Under the pieces are notes generated by a model. That model made no database searches. It worked only from the letters and a program-made list of their open reading frames with translations, and was not told the origin of the DNA. This document shows positions 37,698 through 47,082 of a stretch of DNA of 64,000 nt, piece after piece; the stretch's first letter is position 1, and each line of letters starts with the position of its first letter. Both the position numbers and the translations under genes were made by a program. Source of the stretch: an uncultured Candidatus Saccharibacteria bacterium (GTDB taxonomy: Bacteria > Patescibacteriota > Minisyncoccia > Phycocordibacterales > UBA2100); NCBI GenBank assembly GCA_964437185.1, contig CAYTFU010000002.1, positions 41,296-105,295 on the forward strand. The letters are read 5' to 3'.

Positions 37698-38840
37698 ATG
37701 CGTATAGCACTTGTCGGCGGGGGATCAGGGGGGCATTTTTACCCCCTCATAGCGGTCGCTGAGGCGATAGAAGACATTTCTAAAGAGAGGACACTCCTCG
37801 AACCCGACCTTGTGTACATTGGCCCGCCCGCTTTCGACCCGCAATCCCTCCTTGAACACGACATCCAATACGTGGCTGGAAGCGCCGGACCCATCCGAAG
37901 GTACTTTAGCGTGCTCAATGTTTTTAGCGTATTTTTGAATGCTTTTGGCATCATTAGATCGACGATGACCCTTTTCCGACTCTATCCGGATGTTATTTTC
38001 TCAACAGGGGGATTCGCAGCGTTCCCCACGCTTTACGCTGCACGCCTCCTCCAAATACCGGTCGTTATTTACGATGCCGATGCCTCGCCCGGGAGAGTTT
38101 CCCTCTGGTCGGCGAAATTTGCGCAATGGATTGCAGTGGCGCATCCTGATGCCGCAAAGCAATTTCCAGAAAAGACGCGATCAAAGGTTGCTCGCACGGG
38201 CCATCCGATCCGCAAAGAGATTGTTGAACCATCCAAGCAGGGAGGTCACGAGTTTTTAAAACTTGATCCCGCCGCCCCGACCATCTTCATCATGGGCGGC
38301 TCGCAGGGCGCGCGCGCGATCAACGAAGCGGTGCTCGACGCACTCCCGCAACTCGTGACGCGGTACAACGTCGTCCACCAAGTGGGATCCGCGAATCTCG
38401 AAGAGGTGAGCGGCATCTCCTCCGTTTCGCTCAAAAATTCAAACTTTGCCAACCGCTACAAAGTCTTTGGGCTACTCAACGTCCTCGCGATGCGCATGAC
38501 TGCGGGCATCACTTCCGTCGTCGTGGCTCGCGCGGGGTCCGGAACAATTTTTGAAATTGCGAGCTGGGGCATACCCGCGATCATTATTCCGATTCCAAAA
38601 GACGTGTCACACGATCAGCTGGACAACGCGTTTTCTTATGCACGCGCAGGAGGTGCGGTGGTTATCGAACAAAATAACCTTTCGCCTCATCTTCTCATTT
38701 CCGAGATCGACCGCCTGATGAGCGATCCCGAGCAGCGGAGCTCTATGACAAACGCTGCTCGCGCCTACGCGCGCCCCGACGCAGCTCGCGCCATTGCGAC
38801 CGCGCTTCTTGAGATTTCTATTGAGCACGAACCGGCCTGA
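37698..38840 (+). CDS. murG: UDP-N-acetylglucosamine--N-acetylmuramyl-(pentapeptide) pyrophosphoryl-undecaprenol GlcNAc transferase
   Basis: GGGSGGHFYP N-terminus, GGSQGA, and ARAGSGTIFEIA...P motifs. Confidence 0.93.
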   Translation: MRIALVGGGSGGHFYPLIAVAEAIEDISKERTLLEPDLVYIGPPAFDPQSLLEHDIQYVAGSAGPIRRYFSVLNVFSVFLNAFGIIRSTMTLFRLYPDVIFSTGGFAAFPTLYAARLLQIPVVIYDADASPGRVSLWSAKFAQWIAVAHPDAAKQFPEKTRSKVARTGHPIRKEIVEPSKQGGHEFLKLDPAAPTIFIMGGSQGARAINEAVLDALPQLVTRYNVVHQVGSANLEEVSGISSVSLKNSNFANRYKVFGLLNVLAMRMTAGITSVVVARAGSGTIFEIASWGIPAIIIPIPKDVSHDQLDNAFSYARAGGAVVIEQNNLSPHLLISEIDRLMSDPEQRSSMTNAARAYARPDAARAIATALLEISIEHEPA

Positions 38841-38928
38841 TCCGCGACAAAACTGACATGAACCTTTCCTCACATATCATCTCTACAAACCACAACATGT
38901 ACATCCGAGCAAGCATATGGAGCGGGTT

Positions 38929-40272
38929 ATGAGTATCGTTAAGGTGCGTTTCCCACCGAGCCCGACGGGCTATTGCCATGTCGGCACCGCTCGAATGGCG
39001 ATTCTTAATTATTTATTTGCGCGAAAACACGGCGGGAGCATTGTATTTCGCAGCGAGGACACCGACAAGGAGCGCAGCCGCGCGGAGTACGAAGACGACA
39101 TTCGAGAAAGTCTTAGCTGGCTCGGACTTTCGTGGGACGAGTTTTATCGCCAGTCTGAGCGCACCCACGTATACACTACCGCGCTTCTACAACTCATCCG
39201 CGAGGGGAAAGCATACGTCTCCGAGGAGGAGAGTAAAAAAGAACCTGGCGTACGCGTGCGTCCGGTACGACTCAAAAACCCGGGCACCGTTATCACGTTT
39301 GCAGATGAGATCCGCGGTGAGATTACGTTTGATACGGCAGAACTCAAAGATTTTGTCATTGCGCGCTCGATCAACGATCCGCTGTATCACCTTGCAGTGG
39401 TCGTCGACGATCACGATATGGGGATCACGCACGTGATTCGCGGCGAAGATCACATCTCAAACACACCTCGGCAAATTCTGATTCAGGAGGCGCTTGGATA
39501 TTCGCGGCCCGTGTACGCGCACTACCCGCTGCACCTTTCAGCAGACAGAGCGAAGCTCTCTAAACGCACGGGCGATGTGGCCGTCCGATCGTATCGAGAA
39601 AAAGGATACCTGTCCGGAGCACTACTCAATTACCTCGCGACACTTGGCTGGACGCCACCATCGGGTAGGGAGATATTGAGTCTTGATGATATGGTCAGCG
39701 AATTTGAACTCAAAGACGTGCACAAAAGCGGGGCAATTTTCGATCTCGAAAAGTTGCGCTGGTACAACAGACACTACTTGCACGAACTTTCACCCGGAGA
39801 ATTTGCCGCAGAAGCGTCGATTATCCTCTCCGAAGAAATGCACACTCGCGGTATTACGGTCACAGACGACCTTGTACTAAAATTATGGCCGATTATACGC
39901 GAGCGAATAGGCGTGTGGGAGGATTTGCGTGAGGCGATTCGCGATGCCGAGTTTGATTTCTTTTTCAAAGACCCGGTATTGGATTCCGCCCGTATATCGC
40001 AAAAAGGAGTCGAGCCAAACGTGACGCTGAAGCACCTCGCCGCTTGTGCGGAGATGCTGACCTCTGTCACCGAGGAGGATTTTACCGAGTCACACATCAA
40101 GGATCGGCTGTGGCCCTACGCAACATCAGAGGGTCGCGGGGCTGTTTTATGGCCGCTACGATACGCGCTCTCGGGCCTCGAAAAATCACCGGACCCCTTT
40201 GTAATCCTCGGGATCATAGGGAAAGAGACGGCACTGAGGCGTATTGAGGCAGCTCGATCGCAGCTTGTATGA
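38929..40272 (+). CDS. gltX: glutamyl-tRNA synthetase
   Basis: RFPPSPTGYCHVGTAR (HIGH), THVIRGEDHISNTPRQ and KLSKR motifs. Confidence 0.93.
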   Translation: MSIVKVRFPPSPTGYCHVGTARMAILNYLFARKHGGSIVFRSEDTDKERSRAEYEDDIRESLSWLGLSWDEFYRQSERTHVYTTALLQLIREGKAYVSEEESKKEPGVRVRPVRLKNPGTVITFADEIRGEITFDTAELKDFVIARSINDPLYHLAVVVDDHDMGITHVIRGEDHISNTPRQILIQEALGYSRPVYAHYPLHLSADRAKLSKRTGDVAVRSYREKGYLSGALLNYLATLGWTPPSGREILSLDDMVSEFELKDVHKSGAIFDLEKLRWYNRHYLHELSPGEFAAEASIILSEEMHTRGITVTDDLVLKLWPIIRERIGVWEDLREAIRDAEFDFFFKDPVLDSARISQKGVEPNVTLKHLAACAEMLTSVTEEDFTESHIKDRLWPYATSEGRGAVLWPLRYALSGLEKSPDPFVILGIIGKETALRRIEAARSQLV

Positions 40273-41564
40273 ATAGAGGACTCGCCGTTATCTCGGTACT
40301 CTGCGTACTGCTGTGCTTACCGTCCAATTCCTTCGCCCAAAATGCGCCTGCCTCAGAGGAGCGCATCAACTCCTTACAATCGCAGATTGACACCCACAAA
40401 TCTGAGATCGAAAAAATTGACCGGGAAATTGCGCAATATCAACAGCAGCTTGACGCTGTCGGGACCAAAAAGAAAACACTTCAAAACACACTTTCGCAGC
40501 TGGATCTTCAGATAAAAAAAGCGACTGCGTCGATAAACGTCACAAAAAATAAAATTAGTGCAACGCAGCTCGAAATTCTCCAGCTTGAGAAGGGAATTGC
40601 AGGCAAAGAAGTTTCTATCGAAACGGGGAACCAGGGCCTGCGAGAGTCCCTGCGTCGACTCAATGAGATTGGAACCAATCCTCTTGCAGTGCAAGTGCTT
40701 TCCTCAATCGACATCTCCGAAGCGTGGGAAGACGCGGACGCTATTCAAGAACTCCAAGTGGCAGTGCGCGATCAAATCGCACGACTCGCTTCGGAGAAAC
40801 AATCACTCACGGAGACAAAAAACCAGACCGAGGCGAAGCGCGCGCAATTGGTGAAGCAAAAGGATACTCTGCTTGCGCAGCAAGGCTCGCTCACGGCTCA
40901 AAAAAAGGCGCAGAACGAGCTTCTCGTTCAGACCAAATCACAGGAATCCACCTACCAATCAATTTTGAAACAAAAACAGGCGGCAAAAGCCACGTTTGAA
41001 GCAGCGCTTGGTGATCTTAAAATCCAGTTCCAGAGAGCTATTAGGCCCTCGGAAATTTTGGCCGCCGGAAAGGGGATATTGCGCTGGCCGCTCGACAACG
41101 TGCGCATCACACAGCAATTTGGAAACACCGCCTTCGCGGCTTCTGGTGCATATAATGGCAAGGGACACAACGGCATCGACCTCGCCGCTCCCGTCGGCAC
41201 ACCGCTGAGAGCGGCTCTTAATGGCGTAGTTTTGGGGACGGGCAACACGGATAGCATAAAGGGCTGCTACTCATTTGGACGGTGGGTGATGATTAAGCAC
41301 CCCAATGGGATCAACACCATGTACTCGCACCTCTCCCAAATCAACGTTGCAGAGGGCCAAAACGTCGATACAGGGCACATAATCGGCTACAGCGGGGAAA
41401 CGGGCTATGCCACAGGCCCACACCTTCACTTCGGCGTGTACGTCAGCTCGGCAACGGCAATCATTCGCCTCGGCGCCGCGAGCAATTCGACCACCCCGTG
41501 CTCAAACGCCGTCATGCCCGTCGCACCCCTATCGGGATACTTAAATCCGATGAATTATCTCTAG
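40269..41564 (+). CDS. M23 family metallopeptidase with long N-terminal coiled coil (EnvC-like)
   Basis: Signal peptide, about 250 aa coiled coil, then HNGIDLAAPVGTPL and GYATGPHLHFGV. Confidence 0.88.
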   Translation: MNRGLAVISVLCVLLCLPSNSFAQNAPASEERINSLQSQIDTHKSEIEKIDREIAQYQQQLDAVGTKKKTLQNTLSQLDLQIKKATASINVTKNKISATQLEILQLEKGIAGKEVSIETGNQGLRESLRRLNEIGTNPLAVQVLSSIDISEAWEDADAIQELQVAVRDQIARLASEKQSLTETKNQTEAKRAQLVKQKDTLLAQQGSLTAQKKAQNELLVQTKSQESTYQSILKQKQAAKATFEAALGDLKIQFQRAIRPSEILAAGKGILRWPLDNVRITQQFGNTAFAASGAYNGKGHNGIDLAAPVGTPLRAALNGVVLGTGNTDSIKGCYSFGRWVMIKHPNGINTMYSHLSQINVAEGQNVDTGHIIGYSGETGYATGPHLHFGVYVSSATAIIRLGAASNSTTPCSNAVMPVAPLSGYLNPMNYL

Positions 41565-41597
41565 TACCGAGATACTCCTAACCTGAAATGAGTCTAG

Positions 41598-41620
41598 CCC
41601 CGTGGTGAAAACGCACGGGG
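41598..41620 (+). terminator. hairpin in the 55-bp spacer between the two M23 3'-end copies
   Basis: CCCCGTG-gtgaaaacg-CACGGGG. No U-tract. Confidence 0.3.
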
Positions 41621-41664
41621 TCGCACCCCTATCGGGATATCTAAATCCGATGAACTATCTCTAG
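41620..41664 (+). pseudogene. orphan second copy of the M23 peptidase 3' terminus
   Basis: 45 bp, 42/45 identical to 41520-41564 and exactly 100 bp downstream. All 3 differences are synonymous; both encode VAPLSGYLNPMNYL-stop. Confidence 0.6.
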
Positions 41665-41695
41665 TGGGGCGGAGCCTGCTTGTAATACAGTTCGC

Positions 41696-41735
41696 CTGAC
41701 ACTAACTCTAGCCGATGGCGTGAAGTTAGTGTCAG
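41696..41735. repeat. perfect 12-bp inverted repeat with 16-nt loop
   Basis: CTGACACTAACT...AGTTAGTGTCAG in a noncoding stretch. Confidence 0.6.
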
Positions 41736-41765
41736 TGTGCACCAAGTATAAGATGTGAAATAGAT

Positions 41766-41790
41766 GAGGCGGCACCGCGGGTGCCGCCTC
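41766..41790 (-). terminator. GC-rich 11-bp stem hairpin downstream of the 75-aa ORF
   Basis: GAGGCGGCACC-gcg-GGTGCCGCCTC. On the minus strand it is followed by atctaTTTcac. Confidence 0.45.
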
Positions 41791-41802
41791 ATTGAGGGAA
41801 GA

Positions 41803-42030
41803 TCAGCCATCAGATATGGACTTCAGCGCACCAAGATTGATTGGACCTCGGTGACCTTCTATCCACGCTGAATCATTTTGAATTTTGGTGATTTTCCCCC
41901 TTACGCCTGGATCGTATATGGATTGCACCAGCATTCCAATAGCAAACTTCTCACCGAGCTGACCAGTAGATTGAAGACCCGGAATTCTGCCGCCAACGTT
42001 GACTGGTGCCCACGGTCGAAATGTAGACAT
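41803..42030 (-). CDS. hypothetical small protein (75 aa)
   Basis: ORF with a downstream hairpin; no recognisable motif. Confidence 0.4.
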   Translation of the reverse strand: MSTFRPWAPVNVGGRIPGLQSTGQLGEKFAIGMLVQSIYDPGVRGKITKIQNDSAWIEGHRGPINLGALKSISDG

Positions 42031-42089
42031 GCGTTACCCCCAAAAGAACAAGTGACGATTATCACACAGGCAAGTGGATTTTTCGAGGG

Positions 42090-42740
42090 TCATATTTTCT
42101 TTCCACGCTTGGACCACTCAGTTGTTTTCATGGCGCGCAACTCGACAGGCGCTGCGCGACGTAATGTGCGTAGATTTTTTTTGGGAGCGACAGGGAAGTG
42201 GCGCGAATCGTCAAGAGCCTGTACGAGCCAAGTCAGTTCTTTGTCAGACGTAACCCAACGACTGGGTGTAAATTTTGAGAGATCATACGGTGCCGAATAT
42301 TCCCGCAGCGACTTCTTTCCATTCCACTCTAAATATTCGTGAAAATATGACATCGCAAGCTCGCGCGGCGACGCGTACACTGGATCTCTGTACCGAAGAA
42401 TCGAGTGATTGGTCTTCGATATCGCGCCCCAGCGACCGCCTTGCATAAATAATGCGACGACGTGATCCTCGTCTGTCGGCGCTGTTCGAAAATCCATTAA
42501 CAACGGCGGGGCACCATGGTACGCGAGTGCTGCGGCAGCCAAAAGGGCACCCTCAAAGCAGTGAGCAGTATTTTGCTCGATAACTCGTCTCGGCGACATG
42601 TATGTCTCGCCCGAGATCTCGAAGTTTATTGGGAGCGTGTCCAAGAAATCCTGAATTTTAGTGGGTGTCGACAATTTCGATAGCAGCGAGCGCTCGAGGG
42701 GAAGAAGGATAGACCGCAGGGTGTCACGATACGTGGCCAT
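42090..42740 (-). CDS. hypothetical protein with papain/transglutaminase-like Cys-His signature
   Basis: 216 aa with QNTAHCFEGALLAAAALAYHG (Gln-x4-Cys) followed by DEDHVVALF. Fold assignment is tentative. Confidence 0.4.
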   Translation of the reverse strand: MATYRDTLRSILLPLERSLLSKLSTPTKIQDFLDTLPINFEISGETYMSPRRVIEQNTAHCFEGALLAAAALAYHGAPPLLMDFRTAPTDEDHVVALFMQGGRWGAISKTNHSILRYRDPVYASPRELAMSYFHEYLEWNGKKSLREYSAPYDLSKFTPSRWVTSDKELTWLVQALDDSRHFPVAPKKNLRTLRRAAPVELRAMKTTEWSKRGKKI

Positions 42741-43056
42741 ACAAGCATTCTAGCGCCTTGTGGGGCACAATGCGCGCCTCAGACGGTTGCCCTGGTCATG
42801 AGAGCTGCTCAGGCGTCTTGACGAAGGCATACGTCGCAAAAGATATATTGTGCGACGTTGCCATTCTCGGCCACCCTATGCGGGTAAATATTAGACAACA
42901 AAAATGCGAAAGAATACAAGCGTTAGAAAGTGTTACAGAAAAATCTCAAGTCGCTTGATCTGTCTTGCCGCTCGTCATAAATGTCTTGCATAAATATTGC
43001 CGCATTTACTCGCCCCAAAAGGCCCTACCCTATCGGGGGAGACCTCGATGCTATTT

Positions 43057-43659
43057 TTAGACGACCTTCCACGGAATATCGAACTCTGTAAATTCTGGTA
43101 GAAGTTTTCTTCCGTACAAAAGTCGCGACACAACTTCTGCGTGCGAAAGTGCGCCAGTAAGTGCGTTGTGCGGCTGCGGCTCTTCTGGTATTCCGCAATA
43201 GTTGAGCACGGCGTCGAGGTCAAGTGCGCTTCGGCGATGTCGCACAGGCGGCTGAAGACCCCTGTTGATCATATGCATGTAGCAGAGCGTGTGAGTGTCG
43301 ATAGTTCGGTATGCAAAGGGCCACTCCGTATGCCCTGCTCGCTCTGCGGCGGCCTTCAAAAAATCACGATCAAAGGAAACATTCTGTCCCACGAGCGTCC
43401 GCTCCCCTAATGAATCGCTCCAATGCAAAAACGATTTTACGAGATCGGCCTCGGTCTGCTTTTTCGGGTCGAGTAATTCCTTTTTTGTAAAGCCGTTGAC
43501 TGCAAGCGCACCATCCATAATATGTGCTCCATCCCATACCCTGCACTCTTCATAAAATCTATTGGAAGGTTGAGAAAAATCGAGCGCGCCGACACTCACT
43601 ATGGAATGCTTCTTCGCCTCTGTCCCCGAGGCCTCAACATCTACGATCAGCATGCTCAC
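43057..43659 (-). CDS. DEDD-family 3'-5' exonuclease (DnaQ/epsilon-like, stand-alone)
   Basis: LIVDVEASG (Exo I), LVGQNVSFDRDFL (Exo II) and HNALTGALSHAEV (Exo III-like) motifs. Confidence 0.7.
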   Translation of the reverse strand: MSMLIVDVEASGTEAKKHSIVSVGALDFSQPSNRFYEECRVWDGAHIMDGALAVNGFTKKELLDPKKQTEADLVKSFLHWSDSLGERTLVGQNVSFDRDFLKAAAERAGHTEWPFAYRTIDTHTLCYMHMINRGLQPPVRHRRSALDLDAVLNYCGIPEEPQPHNALTGALSHAEVVSRLLYGRKLLPEFTEFDIPWKVV

Positions 43660-43689
43660 AGTATAGCGCGGGTCCCACTCAGTGAGAAA

Positions 43690-44052
43690 TCATTCAAGCC
43701 CTGTGCAATTCTTTGCTGGCTCGTACCCTGCAGCACGAGCTTGATCCGCCGTCGAATACCACACGCGATTCGCCGGCAAAATTCTGTTCACGCCCGAACA
43801 CCAAGGATAACTATAGGTCTTCCCCTCGCGAGAGGCCACGTACATGCCGCCTAGGCTCCTCGGTACGACTTTGCTCGCAGAAATCCTTTCTGAAACGATC
43901 ACGGCGGTTTTTGAGTCCTCTAGGGCCGAATACCTGCCGAGACCGAAGGACGCGAGGCAGGCGGCGATGACAATGGCCGCCATCCCCCACTCTGCGAGCC
44001 ATCCGTCAAGACCTCCCTTGATTCCGTGCCAACTTTCAGGTATAGTGGCCAT
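43690..44052 (-). CDS. membrane-anchored protein with Ada-like (sunset) Zn-binding C-terminal motif
   Basis: N-terminal TM helix. C-terminal YSYPWCSGVNRILPANRVWYSTADQARAAGYEPAKNC. Confidence 0.55.
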   Translation of the reverse strand: MATIPESWHGIKGGLDGWLAEWGMAAIVIAACLASFGLGRYSALEDSKTAVIVSERISASKVVPRSLGGMYVASREGKTYSYPWCSGVNRILPANRVWYSTADQARAAGYEPAKNCTGLE

Positions 44053-44081
44053 GTTAAATCATCATACATTGAGTAACCACT

Positions 44082-44354
44082 ATGGCCCATACAAAAGCAG
44101 GCGGAACAGCGCGCAACCTAAACGACTCTAATCCCAAGTACCTTGGGGTTAAGCGAGCGGATGGTCAGAAGGTAGGCGTTGGAGAAATTATCGTTCGACA
44201 GCGCGGTACCGCCATCATGGCCGGAAAAAATATCGGTGTTGGCGTTGACCATACCCTCTTCGCGCAGACTGCTGGCACCGTAAAATTTCGAAGCACTCGC
44301 AAGACTAACTTCGACGGTCGTTCGACCACGCGTCGCATCGTAGACGTTGTATAG
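44082..44354 (+). CDS. rpmA: 50S ribosomal protein L27
   Basis: [24 protein letters not shown]...RQRGT. Confidence 0.95.
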   Translation: MAHTKAGGTARNLNDSNPKYLGVKRADGQKVGVGEIIVRQRGTAIMAGKNIGVGVDHTLFAQTAGTVKFRSTRKTNFDGRSTTRRIVDVV

Positions 44355-44364
44355 TTGACTGCGC

Positions 44365-44808
44365 CTAGGCAGCAATTATCGCGAGCGTAATTTTGCTTTG
44401 CGCGCCTCCTGCACGAATACTGAGCACGTGCTCCCCTACCTCTTTGAGAGGTTTTTCGAGTGTTATCAAATCTTCGTCAATTGCAACATTTCTTTGAGAT
44501 GCGATCGCTCGCACGATATCCGCGGCCGTTATTGATTTAAAGAGGCCGCCCTTCTCCGTCGCGCGCGCTTGTATCTCAACACGCGCACCCTCAAGACTCT
44601 GAATGCTTTTTGCGCGAGCCGCATCATCCCTTGCGCGCGCCTCCATGTGCTTCTTTTGCTCAGCCTCCCACGCAGTGATCTTCTCGGGAGTCGCCTGCAC
44701 CGCAAGCCCTCGTGCGATCAGAAAATTGAGCGCGTAGCCATCGGCAACGTCTTTGATTGTCCCGTGTTGTCCCACCTTTGCCACGTCTTTCAGAAGAATG
44801 ACTTTCAT
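44365..44808 (-). CDS. rplI: 50S ribosomal protein L9
   Basis: Internal ATG gives [31 protein letters not shown]. The longer track ORF would overlap ctpA. Confidence 0.9.
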   Translation of the reverse strand: MKVILLKDVAKVGQHGTIKDVADGYALNFLIARGLAVQATPEKITAWEAEQKKHMEARARDDAARAKSIQSLEGARVEIQARATEKGGLFKSITAADIVRAIASQRNVAIDEDLITLEKPLKEVGEHVLSIRAGGAQSKITLAIIAA

Positions 44809-44818
44809 TGCTATGAGA

Positions 44819-46066
44819 CTACTCCGTACCGCGCAAAATCGCAACTGCCTTTTCAAGCTGCACATCTTTACCAGCGGCACGATCTTCGTCGGTAACTTCA
44901 ACCACAACATCGGGAACGATTCCGTCGAGCGGAATTTGCTTGCCGCTCGGGTCGAGCCAGCGCGCCACCGTAACCTTTAGAGACGTCTCTGGGGTGATCT
45001 CGACGAGCTCCTGCACAGAACCCTTACCAAACGTATTGGTACCCACAAGTTGCGCGATTCCGTGCGCGCGCAGCGCACCCGCAAGAATCTCCGAAGCAGA
45101 CGCCGATCCCCCATCGACGAGAATAATCATTTTGAGATCATCGCTGAAGACATTGCGTCCCGTGGAGCGATGAACGATGTTGCGCGTATGACCCGCATAA
45201 TCCTCAGTGACAACGATTTTGCCCGACGGCAAAAACCAACTCGCCATATCTACGGCCGCTTCGAGATATCCGCCCGGATTCCCTCGCACGTCAAGAATCA
45301 ACATGGAGTTCCCTGATTCCGCAAATTCCCGCAATGCGCCGCGAAAGAGATCCGGCGAATTCGAAGTAAAGCTTGCGAGATGAATGACGAACACTCCGTC
45401 AGGCCGCGCTTTCGTAATGAGTATGGGGACGTTGATGACATCGCGAACGACTCGTATTTCCTTCGGTTTATCCCAGCCTTTCCGCGCAATGAGAAACACC
45501 ACTTCCGTCCCCTTCGGGCCGCGGATCTTTCGCACCGCGCTCGCCACATCGAGGCCAGCCGTATCAAGGTCATCAATCTTGAGAATAAGATCCTGCGCTT
45601 TGAGCCCCGCCTTCTCAGCGGGTGTCCCCTTGAGCGGGGATACTACCGTGAGCACTTGGTCACGCACCGCGACCTCCATTCCCACTCCCTCAAAACTCCC
45701 GCTCATGTCTGCTGCAAATTCCTCATTTTCAACCGGAGGAAGAAAGAAGGTGTACGGATCCTTCATAGACGCCGCAAGGCCCCCGATCATTCCCCATACG
45801 CGCTCCTGATTCTTCGCAAGCGTGGTGGTGGCCTGCTCGGTCGATGTGGCGACGGCGGCCGGAACAAATTTTTCATCGAGCACTTGCCACGCCTTCCAGA
45901 CGGGAGAGAAATCTACACCTTCAGGCCCGCTCGTTGATGCGGCAGCGCCCGCGACGGTTCGTGACCCGACCACATATCCGCCGGAAAACGCCGCAAAAAG
46001 AAACGCGAGACCGAGCGCCGCGAGTGTTACAAAATGGAGTGGTCGATGCTCTGCAGCTGTGGGCAT
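44819..46066 (-). CDS. ctpA: S41 carboxy-terminal processing peptidase with PDZ domain
   Basis: PDZ motif [15 protein letters not shown], then DVRGNPGG and [13 protein letters not shown]. Confidence 0.88.
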   Translation of the reverse strand: MPTAAEHRPLHFVTLAALGLAFLFAAFSGGYVVGSRTVAGAAASTSGPEGVDFSPVWKAWQVLDEKFVPAAVATSTEQATTTLAKNQERVWGMIGGLAASMKDPYTFFLPPVENEEFAADMSGSFEGVGMEVAVRDQVLTVVSPLKGTPAEKAGLKAQDLILKIDDLDTAGLDVASAVRKIRGPKGTEVVFLIARKGWDKPKEIRVVRDVINVPILITKARPDGVFVIHLASFTSNSPDLFRGALREFAESGNSMLILDVRGNPGGYLEAAVDMASWFLPSGKIVVTEDYAGHTRNIVHRSTGRNVFSDDLKMIILVDGGSASASEILAGALRAHGIAQLVGTNTFGKGSVQELVEITPETSLKVTVARWLDPSGKQIPLDGIVPDVVVEVTDEDRAAGKDVQLEKAVAILRGTE

Positions 46067-46140
46067 TATGGGATTATCGCATACCAGCGCTCCCCCTCAA
46101 ACCATTCCCCGTTCTCCACAGCCATATTTGTTGCGCTATA

Positions 46141-47061
46141 ATGTTCTCTATGCGGTCACAATATCAGCACGAGGGCCTCGTATGGATAGATCTGGAATCT
46201 CCCAGCCAGGACGATGTACGTGGAATTATTGAAACCTATCATATCGCGCCACTTATCGCCGAAGAGCTTCTCGTGCCATCGTCGAAGCCGAGAGTCGTGT
46301 TTGAAAGCGATTATGTATATCTCGTCCTTCACTTTCCTGCGCTCCGGCACAGCCACAGCAGCACGGAACAGGAGATTGATTTTATCATCGGCAAAAATTT
46401 TCTCATTACGACGCACTACGAGACAATTGATCCCCTTCATAATTTTTCTAAGGTATTTGAAGTGCATAGCGTGCTTGAAAAAAGTCGCTTCGGAGAACAC
46501 GCGGGTTTTATGTTTTATTACATGCTAAAGAGCCTGTATCAAGCGGTCGAAAACGAGGTCGAATACGTTTTGCGAGAGCTGCGTCATATTGAAGAAGATA
46601 TTTTTGCCGGTCACGAAGTACACATGGTTGAGAGTATATCGAACAGTTCGCGCGACCTCCTTACGCTTCGCCAGCGCATGGAGCCTCACCGAGAAGTTTT
46701 GCGTGATTTTGAGTCAGTCGCCACGCAACTTTTCGGTTCTGATTTCGCACCTTTTGTTCGATCGCTTACCGACGACTACTACCGCGTTCACAACCACATC
46801 ATGCGAGCTACCGAGTCTCTCCACGAGCTTCGCGAAACCAACAATTCTCTACTCACGACAAAACAGAACGAGACGATGCGGGTGCTTACACTCATGGCGC
46901 TCCTCACCTTTCCCCTCGCGCTTCTCGTCGCCGTTCTCGATAGCAATACTATATCGAACCCCATTGTCGGTCATCCATACGACTTCTGGATTATTCTTGC
47001 GCTCATTCTTGCTCTCGGAGGCGCAATGCTTTGGTATTTTAAGTACAAGCGGTGGATGTAG
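46141..47061 (+). CDS. CorA-like divalent cation transporter lacking the GMN motif
   Basis: CorA architecture: cytoplasmic domain, NETMRVLTLMALLTFPL, two C-terminal TM helices and a KYKRWM tail. The loop reads VLDSNTISNP instead of YGMNF. Confidence 0.7.
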   Translation: MFSMRSQYQHEGLVWIDLESPSQDDVRGIIETYHIAPLIAEELLVPSSKPRVVFESDYVYLVLHFPALRHSHSSTEQEIDFIIGKNFLITTHYETIDPLHNFSKVFEVHSVLEKSRFGEHAGFMFYYMLKSLYQAVENEVEYVLRELRHIEEDIFAGHEVHMVESISNSSRDLLTLRQRMEPHREVLRDFESVATQLFGSDFAPFVRSLTDDYYRVHNHIMRATESLHELRETNNSLLTTKQNETMRVLTLMALLTFPLALLVAVLDSNTISNPIVGHPYDFWIILALILALGGAMLWYFKYKRWM

Positions 47062-47082
47062 GTTCGGCGAGCACGGTTCTAT

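Noticed and set aside
42790-42815. CCTGGTCA...GCTGCTCAGG resembling the SRP RNA domain IV region
   Set aside because: It lacks the GGAA tetraloop and AGCAGC symmetric-loop arrangement and cannot fold into helix 8. Likely coincidence.
45844-46140. Long N-terminal extension of the CorA-like ORF
   Set aside because: It overlaps the ctpA coding region on the opposite strand, and CorA similarity starts near MRSQYQHEGLVWIDL, so the start was moved to 46141 (or 46150).
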